DNA from: a virus
Strand: one strand, 5' to 3'
DNA length: 41,281 nucleotides
IMG/VR virus record: IMGVR_UViG_3300020215_000037
Coordinates: 1-41,281 of that record
Under the pieces are notes generated by a model, which was not told where the DNA came from, made no database searches, and worked only from the letters and a program-made list of their open reading frames with translations. This document shows positions 39,516-41,281 of the stretch, piece by piece; within the stretch, counting starts at the first letter, position 1; each line of letters starts with the position of its first letter. A program made the position numbers and the translations under genes.

Positions 39516-40736
39516 ATGGCTTCTTCTACATGGCGTAATATCCTTCTCGCTCAACAAGCCGGGAAAAACGCAGGCGAAGCCCTTGGCGGCATCGGTGACT
39601 CTATTGACCGTGGATTTAATGGCGGGATGAACACGCAAGAGCGAGCCATGCGCCAATTTCAGCTACAGGATGAGCAACGAAAGCTCGCAAATGAACTTCG
39701 CTTAAAGGCCCTACTCAATCCCGAGGCGGGCATTATCCCGCTTCAGCCAGGACAGCAGATGGAAGGCGACTTGCAGCCGACTGGGTTTGATGGTTTTGGA
39801 TTCAGCAAGGCGGCGAGGGATGCGGAGTTGAAGAGGCAGCTTGACCATGCAATTTCAGTTGAGAAAGCAAAGTACGCGGCAAGGCCGAAATACAAGTACG
39901 TGCAGGATCAGTTTGGCAATTGGGTTCAGATTGAAGAAGGAACCGCAGCCTCCCAGCCTGTGCTAGCTCCCGGAGCGAGTACGCAATTGCAAGGGAATTT
40001 AAAGAGGCAGCTTTACCAAAAGCTTGGGCCAGACGGCGTAAAGCACGTTTACGACGCAAGGACGAATGAAGATCTTGGGGCCGCAGAAAGCTTAAAGGGC
40101 GTTGTTCAAATGGATGCGGCGGGGAATATGTGGGTTGTGGACAATCGGCTTCAGGAAGGAAGCTCGCCGGGACTGGCTGGGGCAATTACAGCCCCAACTC
40201 CAGCTTCTACTCAAGGGGCGGCTGCTCCTGTAAGCCAGCTTAAAGGCGTTGTTTCAGGGGGCAAGCTCGTAGATTCAGACATCACTAAGATTTCTGCATG
40301 GGATGCGATGATTGACGACCTTCAGCGGGTTGAAAAGCTATTGGAGGGGAAAGATGATCGGGTGGGACCTGTTGCGGGGAGAGCTTACAATCTAAAGAGA
40401 GGAATCCCCGGCTTCGAAATGGATGAGGGAACCAGCGATTTGTTTAGCGCCATCGGCTCTATTTCAGCGGCCCAACTTCATGAAAAATACGGAGGAGCCC
40501 TGACAGGCTCCGAACTCGGAAGGGCCGGGAAATGGTCGATCAGCGAGAACGACAAGGCGATTGATTTGAAATCCAAAATCAAGCAAGCCCTCCAAGAAGC
40601 AAAATCGCAGAGGGAAAACTATTTGAAAAATCTTTCGGTAAAAGGGGTGGATGTGAGCAAGTTTAGCGGAGGCTTCCAAGGTGCTCCCGCAACATCTTCC
40701 GCTGACAACGATCCTCTAGGCATCCTTGCTAAATAA
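39516..40736 (+). CDS. Internal-virion-like protein (406 aa)
   Basis: Assigned by position only. Confidence 0.35.
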   Translation: MASSTWRNILLAQQAGKNAGEALGGIGDSIDRGFNGGMNTQERAMRQFQLQDEQRKLANELRLKALLNPEAGIIPLQPGQQMEGDLQPTGFDGFGFSKAARDAELKRQLDHAISVEKAKYAARPKYKYVQDQFGNWVQIEEGTAASQPVLAPGASTQLQGNLKRQLYQKLGPDGVKHVYDARTNEDLGAAESLKGVVQMDAAGNMWVVDNRLQEGSSPGLAGAITAPTPASTQGAAAPVSQLKGVVSGGKLVDSDITKISAWDAMIDDLQRVEKLLEGKDDRVGPVAGRAYNLKRGIPGFEMDEGTSDLFSAIGSISAAQLHEKYGGALTGSELGRAGKWSISENDKAIDLKSKIKQALQEAKSQRENYLKNLSVKGVDVSKFSGGFQGAPATSSADNDPLGILAK

Positions 40737-40737
40737 C

Positions 40738-41281
40738 ATGGGAACGAGAGAAGAAACGCTTTTGCGGGTTCGAGAGAAATATCCTCAGTATAAGGATATC
40801 CCAGACGACGACCTAGCAAACGCCCTGATCTCAAAATATCCTCAATACAAAGAAGCTCTATCGGCTCCAGCCGCACACGTTTCGACAACTGGGACAGATT
40901 CACCCGCCACTGATCGAGGAGGTCTTGATAAGCCAGTTTCACGAGAAGAGGCAAAGCGGATCGCACAGGAGAGAATGGTTGCGCGAGATCCGGGCCGATT
41001 AATCATGCTCAACAAAGGGCAGGCTGATCAAAATGTAGGCGTGAAAGGACAAGGCGCCATTCCGAGAGCTTTAGCGGCAACTGTTGGCGGAGGGTTCACA
41101 TCGGGGCCTGCCCGCATTATTCAGGATCTCTTGCTTAGAGCTAAATTAACGACTCCTGAGGCGGTTGACGCTCTTGGCGTAAATCGGGTTTCTGAAGAGA
41201 ACCCAGGAACCACATTGGCCGGGAATCTGGCCGGGGGCATCATTCCTGCCGGGAAGGTTTTTCAAGGGGCTTCGGCTCTTA
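40738..41281 (+). CDS. 5' part of the ~696-aa wrap-around gene (continues at 1-1674)
   Basis: ATG 40738 lies 2 nt after the preceding stop. The frame is open to the window end and in phase with 1-1674 through the 127-nt overlap. Confidence 0.7.
   Translation, partial: MGTREETLLRVREKYPQYKDIPDDDLANALISKYPQYKEALSAPAAHVSTTGTDSPATDRGGLDKPVSREEAKRIAQERMVARDPGRLIMLNKGQADQNVGVKGQGAIPRALAATVGGGFTSGPARIIQDLLLRAKLTTPEAVDALGVNRVSEENPGTTLAGNLAGGIIPAGKVFQGASAL
41155..41281. repeat. Terminal direct repeat, identical to 1-127
   Basis: 127/127 identity read directly. Confidence 0.95.

Noticed and set aside
1-41281. A search for CRISPR arrays, diversity-generating retroelement repeats near the fibre genes, transposases/IS ends and rRNA.
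   Set aside because: I saw no regularly spaced direct repeats, no reverse-transcriptase-like ORF, no template/variable repeat pair near 32394-33173 or 37231-38175, and no transposase motifs. This was a search by eye only.

Overview
This window is a complete, circularly closed temperate phage genome. The two ends repeat exactly (1-127 = 41155-41281), so the unique length is 41,154 bp. The 127-nt overlap looks like an assembler k-mer overlap rather than a biological terminal repeat.

Architecture:
(i) A + strand late operon runs 23987 -> 41154 and wraps to 1674. It holds a TerS-like ORF, TerL, portal, scaffold, an HK97-fold capsid with an N4-gp56-like pattern, fibre-like proteins and large internal-virion-like proteins. 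I saw no tail tube or tape measure, so it is podovirus-like.
(ii) A - strand six-gene envelope-modification (lysogenic-conversion-like) operon runs 4383 -> 1726.
(iii) A - strand early operon runs 15200 -> 4448. It holds an ERF annealase, a frame-split RusA-like resolvase, an HNH-like nuclease, a PAPS-reductase-like PP-loop protein and a C5 DNA methyltransferase. It also holds many small Zn-ribbon and tiny hydrophobic ORFs chained by ATGA start/stop overlaps.
(iv) A + strand moron pair lies at 15478-16771 (lipoprotein plus atypical kinase-like protein).
(v) The immunity/integration module holds an XRE/CI-like repressor, an Xis-like HTH protein and a tyrosine integrase. Its attP candidate has a tRNA 5'-half flanked by four AGTTCACCA repeats.
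(vi) A + strand replication operon runs 19157-23935 (DNA-binding protein, SF2 DEAH helicase, Zn/TOPRIM primase, KGG-repeat protein, SWIM protein).
There is one tRNA, an initiator-like Met-CAT.

Most unusual:
- a 252-codon +1-frame ORF embedded in the dcm gene that carries its own family-like motifs;
- two further same-strand dual-frame loci (terS/terL and the rusA-like gene);
- five Sec-signal-like N-termini inside the virion module;
- the envelope-modification operon.

I saw no CRISPR array, rRNA, transposase or reverse transcriptase. All family assignments come from reading motifs by eye and need HMM/BLAST confirmation.
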